Shown: piece by piece, positions 19,840 through 27,605 of the stretch
Position numbering within the stretch: position 1 is the first letter of the stretch
Layout of the letters: each line of letters starts with the position of its first letter
IMG/VR virus record: IMGVR_UViG_3300009432_001268
Location: 12,192 to 76,191 of that record
Direction: 5' to 3' (one strand)
From: a virus
Length of the DNA stretch: 64,000 bases
Notes under the pieces: generated by a model
Databases searched by the model: none
Seen by the model: the letters and a program-made list of their open reading frames with translations, nothing else
What the model was told of the DNA's origin: nothing
Translations under genes and position numbers: made by a program

Positions 19840-20207
19840 ACTGCCCCCGAGTCAAGGGGGCAGTTGACTTCCTTTAACAGAACTTTTCTGAGGGGCGCTA
19901 TCTTTTATTTTATGTCGTAGGCCAAACGACGGAAGTGTGACCAGTTAATATTAAATTAACAACAGAGCACCTTTTTAAGGGCGGTAGGAACCATGCTAAT
20001 AACCTACGCTTACCTCTGTCATGCTCATCACCTCGGGCACGAGGCTGGTATTTAACCAGCGGTTTTTTTATTCCCAGTCACAATGGGGTCACTTTAGCTA
20101 CTAAAGAGCGTGAGCAGTGGACTCCACACCCGCGATGGGGCTCTTAGTAGAAAACTCCGGGATTTCTCCCCAAAGACAAAACGGGTTCGGACCGTTTTTC
20201 ACGCACA
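19840..20207 (-). ncRNA. Candidate large structured non-coding RNA or leader
   Basis: ORF-free; about ten stems, including nested long-range ones; GGGA-GAAA-UCCC tetraloop; G-U pairs work only on the minus strand; preceded by a TTGACA promoter. Confidence 0.6.
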
Positions 20208-20213
20208 GCAAGT

Positions 20214-20242
20214 GTTTTAATACACACGGGGAACGATGTCAA
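20214..20242 (-). promoter_or_regulatory. Sigma70-like promoter, TTGACA-N5-CCCCG class, facing the structured RNA
   Basis: TTGACA TCGTTCCCCGTGTGTAT TAAAAC. Confidence 0.6.
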
Positions 20243-20312
20243 CCTTTTCTTCTGTTTGATTTTTGAAAAACTTTTAGCTCTATCCCTCCCGGGGGAAAAT
20301 CAGGAATTTAGC

Positions 20313-20341
20313 TTGACTTGTTTCCCCTGTTGTAATAGATT
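20313..20341 (+). promoter_or_regulatory. Sigma70-like promoter, TTGACT-N5-CCCC class
   Basis: TTGACT TGTTTCCCCTGTTGTAA TAGATT, upstream of the dCMP deaminase. Confidence 0.6.
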
Positions 20342-20350
20342 TAGTCCCTA

Positions 20351-20761
20351 GTGAGGATCTCGTGGGAACAATACGCACTTAATATCGCTCAAACTGCCTC
20401 TAGCAGAAGCGAAGATCATTACGTTAAAGTAGGTGCATGCGCTTTAAATTCTCAACGAATGGTCGTTTCGGTGGGCTACAACGGTTTAGCTTCAGGAAAG
20501 GACGTTTCCTATGATTTCTGGAGAAACCGAGATTACCGCAGAAAATTCATGATTCATGCCGAAGTGAACTGTTTGAGTCTCTTTAAGAAAGGGGAAGCGG
20601 AAATGCTTGCCACCACGTTGCTGCCGTGTTCTTCTTGCGCGACGTTAATAGCGAGCTACGGAATATCCAAGGTAGTTTATACGGATGTTTACGAACGGGA
20701 CACCCAAGCTTTAGAAATTTTTGACTTTTACAACATAGAATGCATTAAATATGGAAGTTAA
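20351..20761 (+). CDS. dCMP deaminase
   Basis: KVGAC, GYNG, HAE, PCSSC zinc motifs. Confidence 0.93.
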   Translation: MRISWEQYALNIAQTASSRSEDHYVKVGACALNSQRMVVSVGYNGLASGKDVSYDFWRNRDYRRKFMIHAEVNCLSLFKKGEAEMLATTLLPCSSCATLIASYGISKVVYTDVYERDTQALEIFDFYNIECIKYGS

Positions 20762-21224
20762 ATACTCAAAACTCCACCCCGAAGGAAAAGAGCCGTTTCG
20801 CGCAAACACATCAGATGCCGGATACGATCTCTTTTCAACAGAATACGTCACCCTAGAGCCCTTTCAGAGAAAGCTTATTTCCACTGGCATCAACGTGGAG
20901 ATCCCAGAAGGTTTCTACGGTAGAGTGGCCCCGAGGAGCGGTTTAGCGTGTAAGAAAGGTATAGATGTGATGGCAGGGGTAATAGACTCAGGCTATCGAG
21001 GGGAAGTAAAAGTTTTATTGATAAATTTAAACTTCGAAGGATATAATTTAATGCCTAACACTTTTGAAACAATGTTTGGATCAGCAAATAAGATGGAAAT
21101 TAAACCGGGCGACAGAATAGCTCAGCTAATTATCGAAAAATGTCACAGCGTTGAGTGGAAACCTATGGAGACACTAGAAGAATCCCAAAGAGGAGAGCAA
21201 GGCTTCGGCAGCTCTGGTCAATAA
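20751..21224 (+). CDS. dut: Trimeric dUTPase
   Basis: AGYDL, PRSG, GVIDSGYRGE, GDRIAQLI, RGEQGFGSSG. Confidence 0.96.
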   Translation: MEVKYSKLHPEGKEPFRANTSDAGYDLFSTEYVTLEPFQRKLISTGINVEIPEGFYGRVAPRSGLACKKGIDVMAGVIDSGYRGEVKVLLINLNFEGYNLMPNTFETMFGSANKMEIKPGDRIAQLIIEKCHSVEWKPMETLEESQRGEQGFGSSGQ

Positions 21225-21230
21225 CGCGCC

Positions 21231-21446
21231 ATGCATCAACAAAATCCCCCGCACGCGGAAATAATGTCCCATAATGTCAAAATGATAGGAGCCGATGTTC
21301 ATGTCATTAAAAACGGCGGTTGGAGAGGAAAAGTGGAGGAGATGGTCGATGAAGAATACTTTATGGTTTCCAGATTCGACAATCCTACGGACATAGAAAA
21401 GGTGTCAATGTACGATATACGCTCCCTATCTTACGAGACTTTATGA
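21231..21446 (+). CDS. Hypothetical protein (small beta-barrel-like)
   Basis: 71 aa ORF following dut. Confidence 0.55.
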   Translation: MHQQNPPHAEIMSHNVKMIGADVHVIKNGGWRGKVEEMVDEEYFMVSRFDNPTDIEKVSMYDIRSLSYETL

Positions 21447-21593
21447 CACACCAGTCACGAAAAACTAGGTTCAATAAAAGATGGTAAGCCTTCCATACTG
21501 AGAATCTAGTAGAATCAAAAGGCACACTTCGGCCAATGAAATAGGGGGTATTCTCTCCTCACTAGAGGCTGAAGCTGACGCAAAGAGACACTA

Positions 21594-21609
21594 TGGCACA
21601 GCCCTTGCT
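21594..21609 (+). promoter_or_regulatory. Sigma54 (RpoN) -24/-12 promoter
   Basis: TGGCAC-AGCCC-TTGCT matches TGGCAC-N5-TTGCW exactly, directly upstream of hsp20. Confidence 0.72.
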
Positions 21610-21620
21610 AAAAGGATGTT

Positions 21621-21977
21621 ATGTATTTACATAATACTTTTGGCAGGGGCGTGCTTGATTTTGCAGCGCCGTTATTCACAGAAATAGAAAAGACTTTTGA
21701 TCCCGTCTTCGCAGAAGAAGATGGAGATTACGTATTTGAGGTAGAAATGCCCGGCTTTTCCAAGGAGGACGTCAAAGTCCGCCTTGACCAGCACGGACAC
21801 CTCAACTTGGAAGGACAAACCACAAAAAGGGGTAAAGAAGTTAAGTTCGGACAAGCTTATGAAGTCCCCGAAAAAGCCGACCTGTCCTCAGCGGACGCCT
21901 CATTAAAGGATGGGGTCTTTCGGCTAACATTTAAACGAAAAAACAAACACAAACCCAAGGAAATAAAGATAAAATAA
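21621..21977 (+). CDS. Small heat-shock protein, Hsp20/alpha-crystallin family
   Basis: EMPGFSKEDV, ASLKDGVFRLT, C-terminal KEIKIK (IxI motif). Confidence 0.92.
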   Translation: MYLHNTFGRGVLDFAAPLFTEIEKTFDPVFAEEDGDYVFEVEMPGFSKEDVKVRLDQHGHLNLEGQTTKRGKEVKFGQAYEVPEKADLSSADASLKDGVFRLTFKRKNKHKPKEIKIK

Positions 21978-21988
21978 AGGGTTACTAG

Positions 21989-22017
21989 AAAAGCCGGGCT
22001 TAGGCCCGGCTTTTTTT
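21989..22017 (+). terminator. Intrinsic terminator after hsp20 (possibly bidirectional)
   Basis: AAAAGCCGGGC-TTAG-GCCCGGC-TTTTTTT. Confidence 0.9.
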
Positions 22018-22031
22018 GTGTAATAATAGGT

Positions 22032-22226
22032 ATGCCGCTGCCTTCTCCAAGCAAAGACCAGAAAAAAGGAGACTTCATTAGCTCCTGCATGGCCAGCCCA
22101 GCCATGAACCAAGAATACAAAAACCCCAAACAAAGACTAGCTATTTGTCATTCCCAGCATAGAAAATCTTCCAGTGCAACAACTTGGGACGAAATTGAGT
22201 TTGACAATTTTTTCCTCTTAAAGTAA
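22032..22226 (+). CDS. Small hypothetical phage protein
   Basis: MPLPSP..DFISSCM..QRLAICHSQ; preceded by GTGTAAT. Confidence 0.6.
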   Translation: MPLPSPSKDQKKGDFISSCMASPAMNQEYKNPKQRLAICHSQHRKSSSATTWDEIEFDNFFLLK

Positions 22227-22229
22227 GAT
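22201..22229 (+). promoter_or_regulatory. Sigma70-like promoter
   Basis: TTGACA-17 nt-TAAGAT, upstream of the ATG at 22238. Confidence 0.6.
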
Positions 22230-22237
22230 ATTTTCAA

Positions 22238-22408
22238 ATGAGCGAAGACACTCGTAAAAAAATACTCACTCTGCTCAGTCAGGTAATAGATACGTCTATC
22301 TGGCAAGACGCGAAACTTAAAAGTAAAGACCCTGTTAAAAATCCGGGGGAAAGTTTCATAACAAACAAACTTAAGCTAATTAGGGAGGTTTTGGAAAATG
22401 AAAACTGA
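22238..22408 (+). CDS. Small hypothetical protein (56 aa, below the ORF track cutoff)
   Basis: Hand translation MSEDTRKKILTLLSQV...ENEN*; overlaps the next start. Confidence 0.55.
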   Translation: MSEDTRKKILTLLSQVIDTSIWQDAKLKSKDPVKNPGESFITNKLKLIREVLENEN

Positions 22409-22727
22409 TACCTTGTTAAAAAAACTTCTGGCCCAGAAAAAAGAGATTGTGGAGGCTTCCAAAGTGAGCGCCGAAAGCATTGACTTCTGGGAAGCTAAAG
22501 CAGAGAAGCTGTTTGCTAAGATGGACGAAGAGGAAGCCGGGTGGAGCTATTCCTCCGAAGATTTCAGAGAAGACGCCTGCTCTAAAAACCTCAAAGAGAT
22601 CAACCTTCTAATGAAAAGAATGAAATTTGAAAACGATCAACTGGACTTGCTCGAGAAGAAAATAGAAGAACTGGAAGAAACGATCTCTCAAACGCTCGCG
22701 GAACATGCCAAAAAACAAAAAAAATAA
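22398..22727 (+). CDS. Hypothetical coiled-coil protein
   Basis: 109 aa, E/K/L-rich heptads. Confidence 0.65.
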   Translation: MKTDTLLKKLLAQKKEIVEASKVSAESIDFWEAKAEKLFAKMDEEEAGWSYSSEDFREDACSKNLKEINLLMKRMKFENDQLDLLEKKIEELEETISQTLAEHAKKQKK

Positions 22728-22872
22728 AAAGTATTATCTTATTGAATCCGCAAAAAGAAAATGGTCATATGGCGCGTTCCCTCATACCGAAGAGGGACTG
22801 ATCGAAGCGAAAAAGTATTTAAGGAACCTACAGAAGAATACAGACGAGAAGCTGGAGATCATTGAAAAGTAA
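22705..22872 (+). CDS. Small hypothetical protein (55 aa)
   Basis: Hand translation MPKNKKNKKYYLIES...IIEK*; fills the gap before nrdJ. Confidence 0.5.
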   Translation: MPKNKKNKKYYLIESAKRKWSYGAFPHTEEGLIEAKKYLRNLQKNTDEKLEIIEK

Positions 22873-22873
22873 C

Positions 22874-22902
22874 TTGACATCTCTCCCCGAAACCCCCATG
22901 CT
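22874..22902 (+). promoter_or_regulatory. Sigma70-like promoter, TTGACA-N5-CCCCG class
   Basis: TTGACA TCTCTCCCCGAAACCCC CATGCT, upstream of nrdJ. Confidence 0.55.
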
Positions 22903-22946
22903 TGCCTTTCGGCCCTAATAAAGGCCCCCATATATAATTTTACATA

Positions 22947-24881
22947 ATGAAACAAGACACCGCTATCATCACCCCCGACTTTCTAAAGAAGTATAAAAAT
23001 AAACAACCTAAGTGGGGCTTTAACGGCTTGGGGTACATCGTTTACAAGAGAACCTATTCTCGCGCCAAGGCAGACGGAACCCTCGAAGAATGGCACGAAA
23101 CCGTAGCTCGATGCATTAACGGAGCTCAAAAAATAGGCGCTAAGTATACCAAAAAGGAAGCGGAAAGATTATTCGATTTAGTTTTTAATTTAAAATGCAA
23201 CTTCGCAGGTCGCGGACTCTGGCAACTAGGAACCTCTACCGTTGATCGATTCGGAGGAAACAGTTTGCTTAATTGTTGGTTTACGGCCATCAAGAAGCCG
23301 GAGGACTTTTGTTTTATTTTCGAGAACTTAATGCTCGGAGGAGGAGTAGGCTACTCCATTAGAAGGGAAGACATTCACGAGCTTCCTCGCGTCAAAAAGA
23401 ACGTAGGAATTACCGTACAGAACACTAATGACGCAGACTTTATTGTGTCAGACAGCAGAGAAGGATGGGTAAGATTACTGTCTAAAGTCTTAGATTCCTA
23501 CTTTTTCTCGGGAAAATCTTTTTCGTACTCTACCGTTCTTGTTAGGAGCGCCGGGAAACCCATTCAGGGTTTTGGCGGTACAGCCAGCGGCCCTGAAATC
23601 TTAATTGAAGGAATAAGCAAGATAGGTGGAGTAATAAAAGCCAGAGAAGGTAAAAAGCTTCGAAGCTTGGATGTTTTAGATATCGCCAATATCATTGGCT
23701 CTGTTGTTGTGGCCGGTAATGTTCGCCGTTCCGCTGAAATAGCCTTGGGAGACCCTGACGACTACCTATATATAAAAGCAAAGCGCTGGGACTTGGGCAA
23801 TATCCCTAACTGGAGAGCCATGAGTAACAATACCATCTATTGCGACAGCTACGATCATATCGCAGAAGGTATTTGGGATGGTTACGGGGGCAACGGAGAG
23901 CCTTACGGATTCTTTAACCTTGGCCTAAGTTCCAAGTTTGGGCGGACAGGAGAAAAAAGCAAAGAAAACTGCGAAGGCACCAACCCTTGCGGAGAAATTT
24001 CGCTCGCAGATAAAGAGTGCTGCAATTTAGCGGAACTTTATTTAAACAACATTGAGTCGAAGCAGGAAATGATTGAATGCGCAACGCTTCTTTACAAAAC
24101 TCAAAAAGCAATCTGTGCTCTCCCATTTATCCACGAAGACACAAATAAAATTGTCCACAAGAACTTTAGAATAGGACAAGGCATTACTGGAATTTGCCAA
24201 TGCCTTCATGACGACAAACTTGAATGGCTTGACGACTGTTACAAAGCTCTACGCAAATACGACCAAGAATGGAGCAAGAAGAATGGATGGCCAGAGAGCA
24301 TAAAGCTCACTACTGTGAAGCCCAGCGGAACCTTAAGTCTCCTAGCTGGAGCAACTCCGGGAGTTCACCCCGCTTTTTCTCAGTACTACATCAGGAGGGT
24401 TAGGATGTCGAGTGAAGATGCACTGGTTCAAATTTGCCGCGAAATGAACTACCACGTTGAGTACGTCAAGAATTTTGATGGCTCCCTAAATCGCGATACG
24501 GTCGTTGTGGAGTTTCCCTGCAAATCAGGCAAGAACGCCGTGCTTGCGGAAGACACAAAAGCAACCGATCAGCTAGAGCTGGTAAAGAGAATACAAAAAG
24601 AGTGGTCTGACAACGCAGTTTCTTGCACCGTCTATTACAAAAAAGAAGAGCTGGAAGAGATAAAAGAATGGCTAAGGAAAAACTACAAAAACAACATTAA
24701 AAGTGTTTCTTTCTTATTGCACCAAGATCACGGCTTCGACCAAGCTCCTTACGAAAAAATAGACGAAGAAACCTACCGAAAACTTTCTCTAGCCGTCAAA
24801 AAAGTAACTCCAGCTAAAGTCGGGAACGGTCACGTGCTGGAAGGACTTGAATGCGAAGGGGGAGCATGCCCGATAAGATAA
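22947..24881 (+). CDS. nrdJ: Class II adenosylcobalamin-dependent ribonucleotide reductase (monomeric RTPR type)
   Basis: YKRTYSR, AGRGLW, NCWF, DSREGW, GNVRRSA, TNPCGEI, CCNLAE, TVKPSGT, QAPYE, C-terminal CEGGACPIR. Confidence 0.95.
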   Translation: MKQDTAIITPDFLKKYKNKQPKWGFNGLGYIVYKRTYSRAKADGTLEEWHETVARCINGAQKIGAKYTKKEAERLFDLVFNLKCNFAGRGLWQLGTSTVDRFGGNSLLNCWFTAIKKPEDFCFIFENLMLGGGVGYSIRREDIHELPRVKKNVGITVQNTNDADFIVSDSREGWVRLLSKVLDSYFFSGKSFSYSTVLVRSAGKPIQGFGGTASGPEILIEGISKIGGVIKAREGKKLRSLDVLDIANIIGSVVVAGNVRRSAEIALGDPDDYLYIKAKRWDLGNIPNWRAMSNNTIYCDSYDHIAEGIWDGYGGNGEPYGFFNLGLSSKFGRTGEKSKENCEGTNPCGEISLADKECCNLAELYLNNIESKQEMIECATLLYKTQKAICALPFIHEDTNKIVHKNFRIGQGITGICQCLHDDKLEWLDDCYKALRKYDQEWSKKNGWPESIKLTTVKPSGTLSLLAGATPGVHPAFSQYYIRRVRMSSEDALVQICREMNYHVEYVKNFDGSLNRDTVVVEFPCKSGKNAVLAEDTKATDQLELVKRIQKEWSDNAVSCTVYYKKEELEEIKEWLRKNYKNNIKSVSFLLHQDHGFDQAPYEKIDEETYRKLSLAVKKVTPAKVGNGHVLEGLECEGGACPIR

Positions 24882-24885
24882 TTTT

Positions 24886-25149
24886 ATGCCTAGGGTGAAA
24901 CACGGAGAAGGAGAGGCTTCTTTGATGGGCTTTCCGACGGCAAACATAGATCTTGAGTGTGAAAAAGGTGTTTATCTTTGTGAAACGAACTATGGACACG
25001 GCCTAGCAATTTGCGCTTTTGAAAACGAAGTCGAAGTTCATTTGGTAGGATTTGAAGGCAATATTTATGGGAAAAATCTTGATATAAAAAAAATGAAGCC
25101 TATAAACAAAAGAAGAATTCTCGAAATAGCGATTTTAATCAATGACTAA
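24886..25149 (+). CDS. Minimal monofunctional riboflavin kinase-like protein
   Basis: VKHG..GFPTANI, GVY, EVH, FEGNIYG motifs of the RibF kinase domain. Confidence 0.75.
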   Translation: MPRVKHGEGEASLMGFPTANIDLECEKGVYLCETNYGHGLAICAFENEVEVHLVGFEGNIYGKNLDIKKMKPINKRRILEIAILIND

Positions 25150-25924
25150 CTCGTCAACCCAATTAGATCACTCAAAAGTAAATATATTTTACCCTGTCAT
25201 TGGCTATACAGGGATGGTTCACTCTGAATACATGATGAGCACCATAAACCTACTACTTTTGTGTAGGCAGAAGGGAATTAATCTCGGCATGAGATCTATT
25301 TGGTTTGAGAGTCTTATAAGTAGAGCAAGGAACGCTTCCGCAGCTTTCATGCTGGCTAAAGACTATACCCACTTGCTTTTTGTGGACACTGACGTAATCT
25401 TCGATGCCCACGACGTCTTGAAACTAGTAGACCAACAGAAGGAAGTCGTGGTTGGAGTTTACCCCAAAAAATATTGGAGCCATCAAAAAATGCAAGCGAT
25501 GGGTTCTTCTGGAAAAATCCCAGAACAGTGGAGACATTTAGCCACGGACTTTTCCACTGAACTCCCGCCAGCATCGTACACTAAAAGCAAAACAGGACAA
25601 TCGGTGGAGGCTAACTATGCAGCTACCGGCTTTATGCTAATAAGTCGATCCTGCATAGAAAAAATAATTAAAGCCAGACCTGACATAAAATATACTAATG
25701 ATATTGACGGATACATGGATGCCGGAGACAATTTCCATGACATCTTTCAGTGCAAAGTGAACCCTGACACCAAAAAGTACGAAAGCGAAGACTACGGCTT
25801 CTGCAAGATGTGGAAGTCTTTGGGCGGAGAGATCACCGTTGTCCCAGATATCTCTTTGGGTCACCGCGGGTTCAACACTTACTATGGAAACCTTAAATTT
25901 CAGTCTAACTACTTCAATCTTTAA
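25142..25924 (+). CDS. GT-A fold glycosyltransferase-like protein
   Basis: ESLISRARN, THLLFVDTD, GVYPKK, ATGFMLI, SEDYGFC, LGHRG. Confidence 0.75.
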   Translation: MTNSSTQLDHSKVNIFYPVIGYTGMVHSEYMMSTINLLLLCRQKGINLGMRSIWFESLISRARNASAAFMLAKDYTHLLFVDTDVIFDAHDVLKLVDQQKEVVVGVYPKKYWSHQKMQAMGSSGKIPEQWRHLATDFSTELPPASYTKSKTGQSVEANYAATGFMLISRSCIEKIIKARPDIKYTNDIDGYMDAGDNFHDIFQCKVNPDTKKYESEDYGFCKMWKSLGGEITVVPDISLGHRGFNTYYGNLKFQSNYFNL

Positions 25925-25974
25925 TTAAAAATTCCCTAGTTGAGCTTCTTGAATGTAATAAACCTTAGACGCAC

Positions 25975-26172
25975 ATGTCAGACCTCCCCTATAGCGAAGA
26001 ATCCTTTATGCTAAAACAGGCCGTTTGCAAACTCATGGAAGTCTCCCTAGACCTTGGAACCAACCGCGGAAACGCTCTTAACGGAGAATTCAAAAAAATG
26101 GACGACCTTTTGAACCTAATGAGCAGAGTTAAAAACAATATGGAGAAAAAAAATGAACATCTCAGAATTTGA
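25975..26172 (+). CDS. Hypothetical protein
   Basis: 65 aa ORF in the plus-strand run. Confidence 0.5.
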   Translation: MSDLPYSEESFMLKQAVCKLMEVSLDLGTNRGNALNGEFKKMDDLLNLMSRVKNNMEKKNEHLRI

Positions 26173-26347
26173 AAGAGGAAAGCCCATACAAACCCATAAA
26201 CTCCTCACCAGACTAATAAAAAAATACAAAAAGATAGTAGACGAATTGCCCCTTATGGACGACGAAGACGCTATAAAGGTGGAGATGTCAGCTGATTTCA
26301 TAAGGGAGCTAACAACCCTAAAAAAAACTTTTGAAAAGGGGCAATAA
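26153..26347 (+). CDS. Hypothetical protein
   Basis: 64 aa ORF in the plus-strand run. Confidence 0.55.
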   Translation: MNISEFERGKPIQTHKLLTRLIKKYKKIVDELPLMDDEDAIKVEMSADFIRELTTLKKTFEKGQ

Positions 26348-26365
26348 CGAGTAAAATAATAACGT

Positions 26366-26587
26366 ATGTCTAATTACCTTAAGATAATGCTGGAGTCCTC
26401 GCGCCGATGCTCGGCCGCTACCCAAGACGCCGCCAACGATGCTCGAAACGCCGCAGACGAAGCCTGCTCTCATGCCAAGGAGATAGACTCTATGGCTACT
26501 GAGGCAGCCAACAGGGCCGTAGAGGCGAACGAGAGGGTCAAGGTCCTCGAAGCTAAGCTAACGGCTCAGAACGCAGATCCTGCCTGA
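26366..26587 (+). CDS. Alanine-rich coiled-coil protein
   Basis: AxxAAxxA heptads. Confidence 0.55.
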   Translation: MSNYLKIMLESSRRCSAATQDAANDARNAADEACSHAKEIDSMATEAANRAVEANERVKVLEAKLTAQNADPA

Positions 26588-26673
26588 TGATTTACTACCA
26601 CGTTAAAGGAGGGTTGTTCGCAGGTTCTCCTTACTGAGTGGTTGTGTTTTCAAAGAACCTGCATTAATTTTTA

Positions 26674-26892
26674 ATGGGCGAAAAAACCACAATTACCTGT
26701 CTCTGCCATATCGAAGTGGATGATAACGAGTATGAGGCGCTTACCATAGTCGACGACATGTTGGGAAACAAGCACTCAGTAATTGATATTAATACTGGCC
26801 TACTTTCAGAAAAAATAACTTTAATAGTAAACGAAACTATTACGACCACAGCGCACGGATGCGGAGTAAGATACAAGAAAGAAAAGGTTTAA
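26674..26892 (+). CDS. Hypothetical protein
   Basis: 72 aa ORF abutting the next gene. Confidence 0.5.
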   Translation: MGEKTTITCLCHIEVDDNEYEALTIVDDMLGNKHSVIDINTGLLSEKITLIVNETITTTAHGCGVRYKKEKV

Positions 26893-26893
26893 A

Positions 26894-27472
26894 ATGGGAA
26901 TGTTCGATGAGATAATGGTGCCAAAGGGATATCTGAAGAGCCTTCTAAACGAAGAAGACGAGAAGCTGTTGGAGAAAAACCACCTCTTTCAGACCAAAGA
27001 CTTGGACAATTTGATGGATCTTTACAAAGTCCACCGTCAATATCTTTACAAAAAGAAAAAGGAGGCTCTCCCCTTCGAAGAGTGGGAGAAAGTAAAAAAG
27101 AATGTCGTCATTCGCTTTCATGACTACCTAACAAGCAAAAATCACGACGAATACTCTATAGAATTTCAATTCAGCTTTAAGAACGGAAAAGTAGACAAGA
27201 AAGAACTGCTTAAATTCACACTAGAATCAACCAAGAAAGAATCGGAAGAGACTCAAAAAATGTGGGACACCGAACAAAAAATATTCGGCTCCTACAGAGA
27301 CCACTCCCTTAAATACAGACTCTTCTCCCGAATGGAAAACTGCTTCCAGAAAATGACAAACTGGGCCAGAAACAAACACTGCATACCCCTTAATATACGC
27401 CAAGAAGCGTATGAAAAATCGGGACGACTTAAAAAAGATCCCCACTGTTTGGATTTGCACAAAGACCTGTAG
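26894..27472 (+). CDS. Hypothetical phage protein
   Basis: MGMFD...FQTKDL N-terminus, 192 aa. Confidence 0.65.
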   Translation: MGMFDEIMVPKGYLKSLLNEEDEKLLEKNHLFQTKDLDNLMDLYKVHRQYLYKKKKEALPFEEWEKVKKNVVIRFHDYLTSKNHDEYSIEFQFSFKNGKVDKKELLKFTLESTKKESEETQKMWDTEQKIFGSYRDHSLKYRLFSRMENCFQKMTNWARNKHCIPLNIRQEAYEKSGRLKKDPHCLDLHKDL

Positions 27473-27485
27473 ACGAAGTTTGCAA

Positions 27486-27605
27486 ATGGCCAAAAAAAGT
27501 AAATTAACCAGATCACCACAATGGAGAAAACATTTGCGTAAATTTTGGCAAAGAGTATTTTGGAAGAAAGAAAGACAAAACAACAAAAAAGAACTTAAAG
27601 AATGA
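27486..27605 (+). CDS. Small basic peptide (39 aa)
   Basis: MAKKSKLTRSPQWRKHLRKFWQRVFWKKER...; ATGA overlap with the glutaredoxin. Confidence 0.5.
   Translation: MAKKSKLTRSPQWRKHLRKFWQRVFWKKERQNNKKELKE

Noticed and set aside
19840-20207. Group II intron (minus strand begins near GTGCG), tmRNA or RNase P
   Set aside because: No recognisable domain V/VI, no tRNA-like ends or tag ORF, no RNase P P4 consensus, and it does not interrupt a gene.
22873-22946. Cobalamin riboswitch or NrdR box upstream of nrdJ
   Set aside because: The region is too short for a B12 riboswitch, and CCCCATATATAATTT is only a weak single partial match to the NrdR consensus.
1-24881. Inteins or introns in DnaB, RecA or NrdJ
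   Set aside because: Lengths are normal and motifs contiguous; no intein or homing-endonuclease signatures seen in the part visible.
26584-26610. Hammerhead (CTGATGA) or pistol (CCACGTTAAA) ribozyme fragments
   Set aside because: Required partner stems and the GAAA core are missing; CTGATGA overlaps a stop codon.
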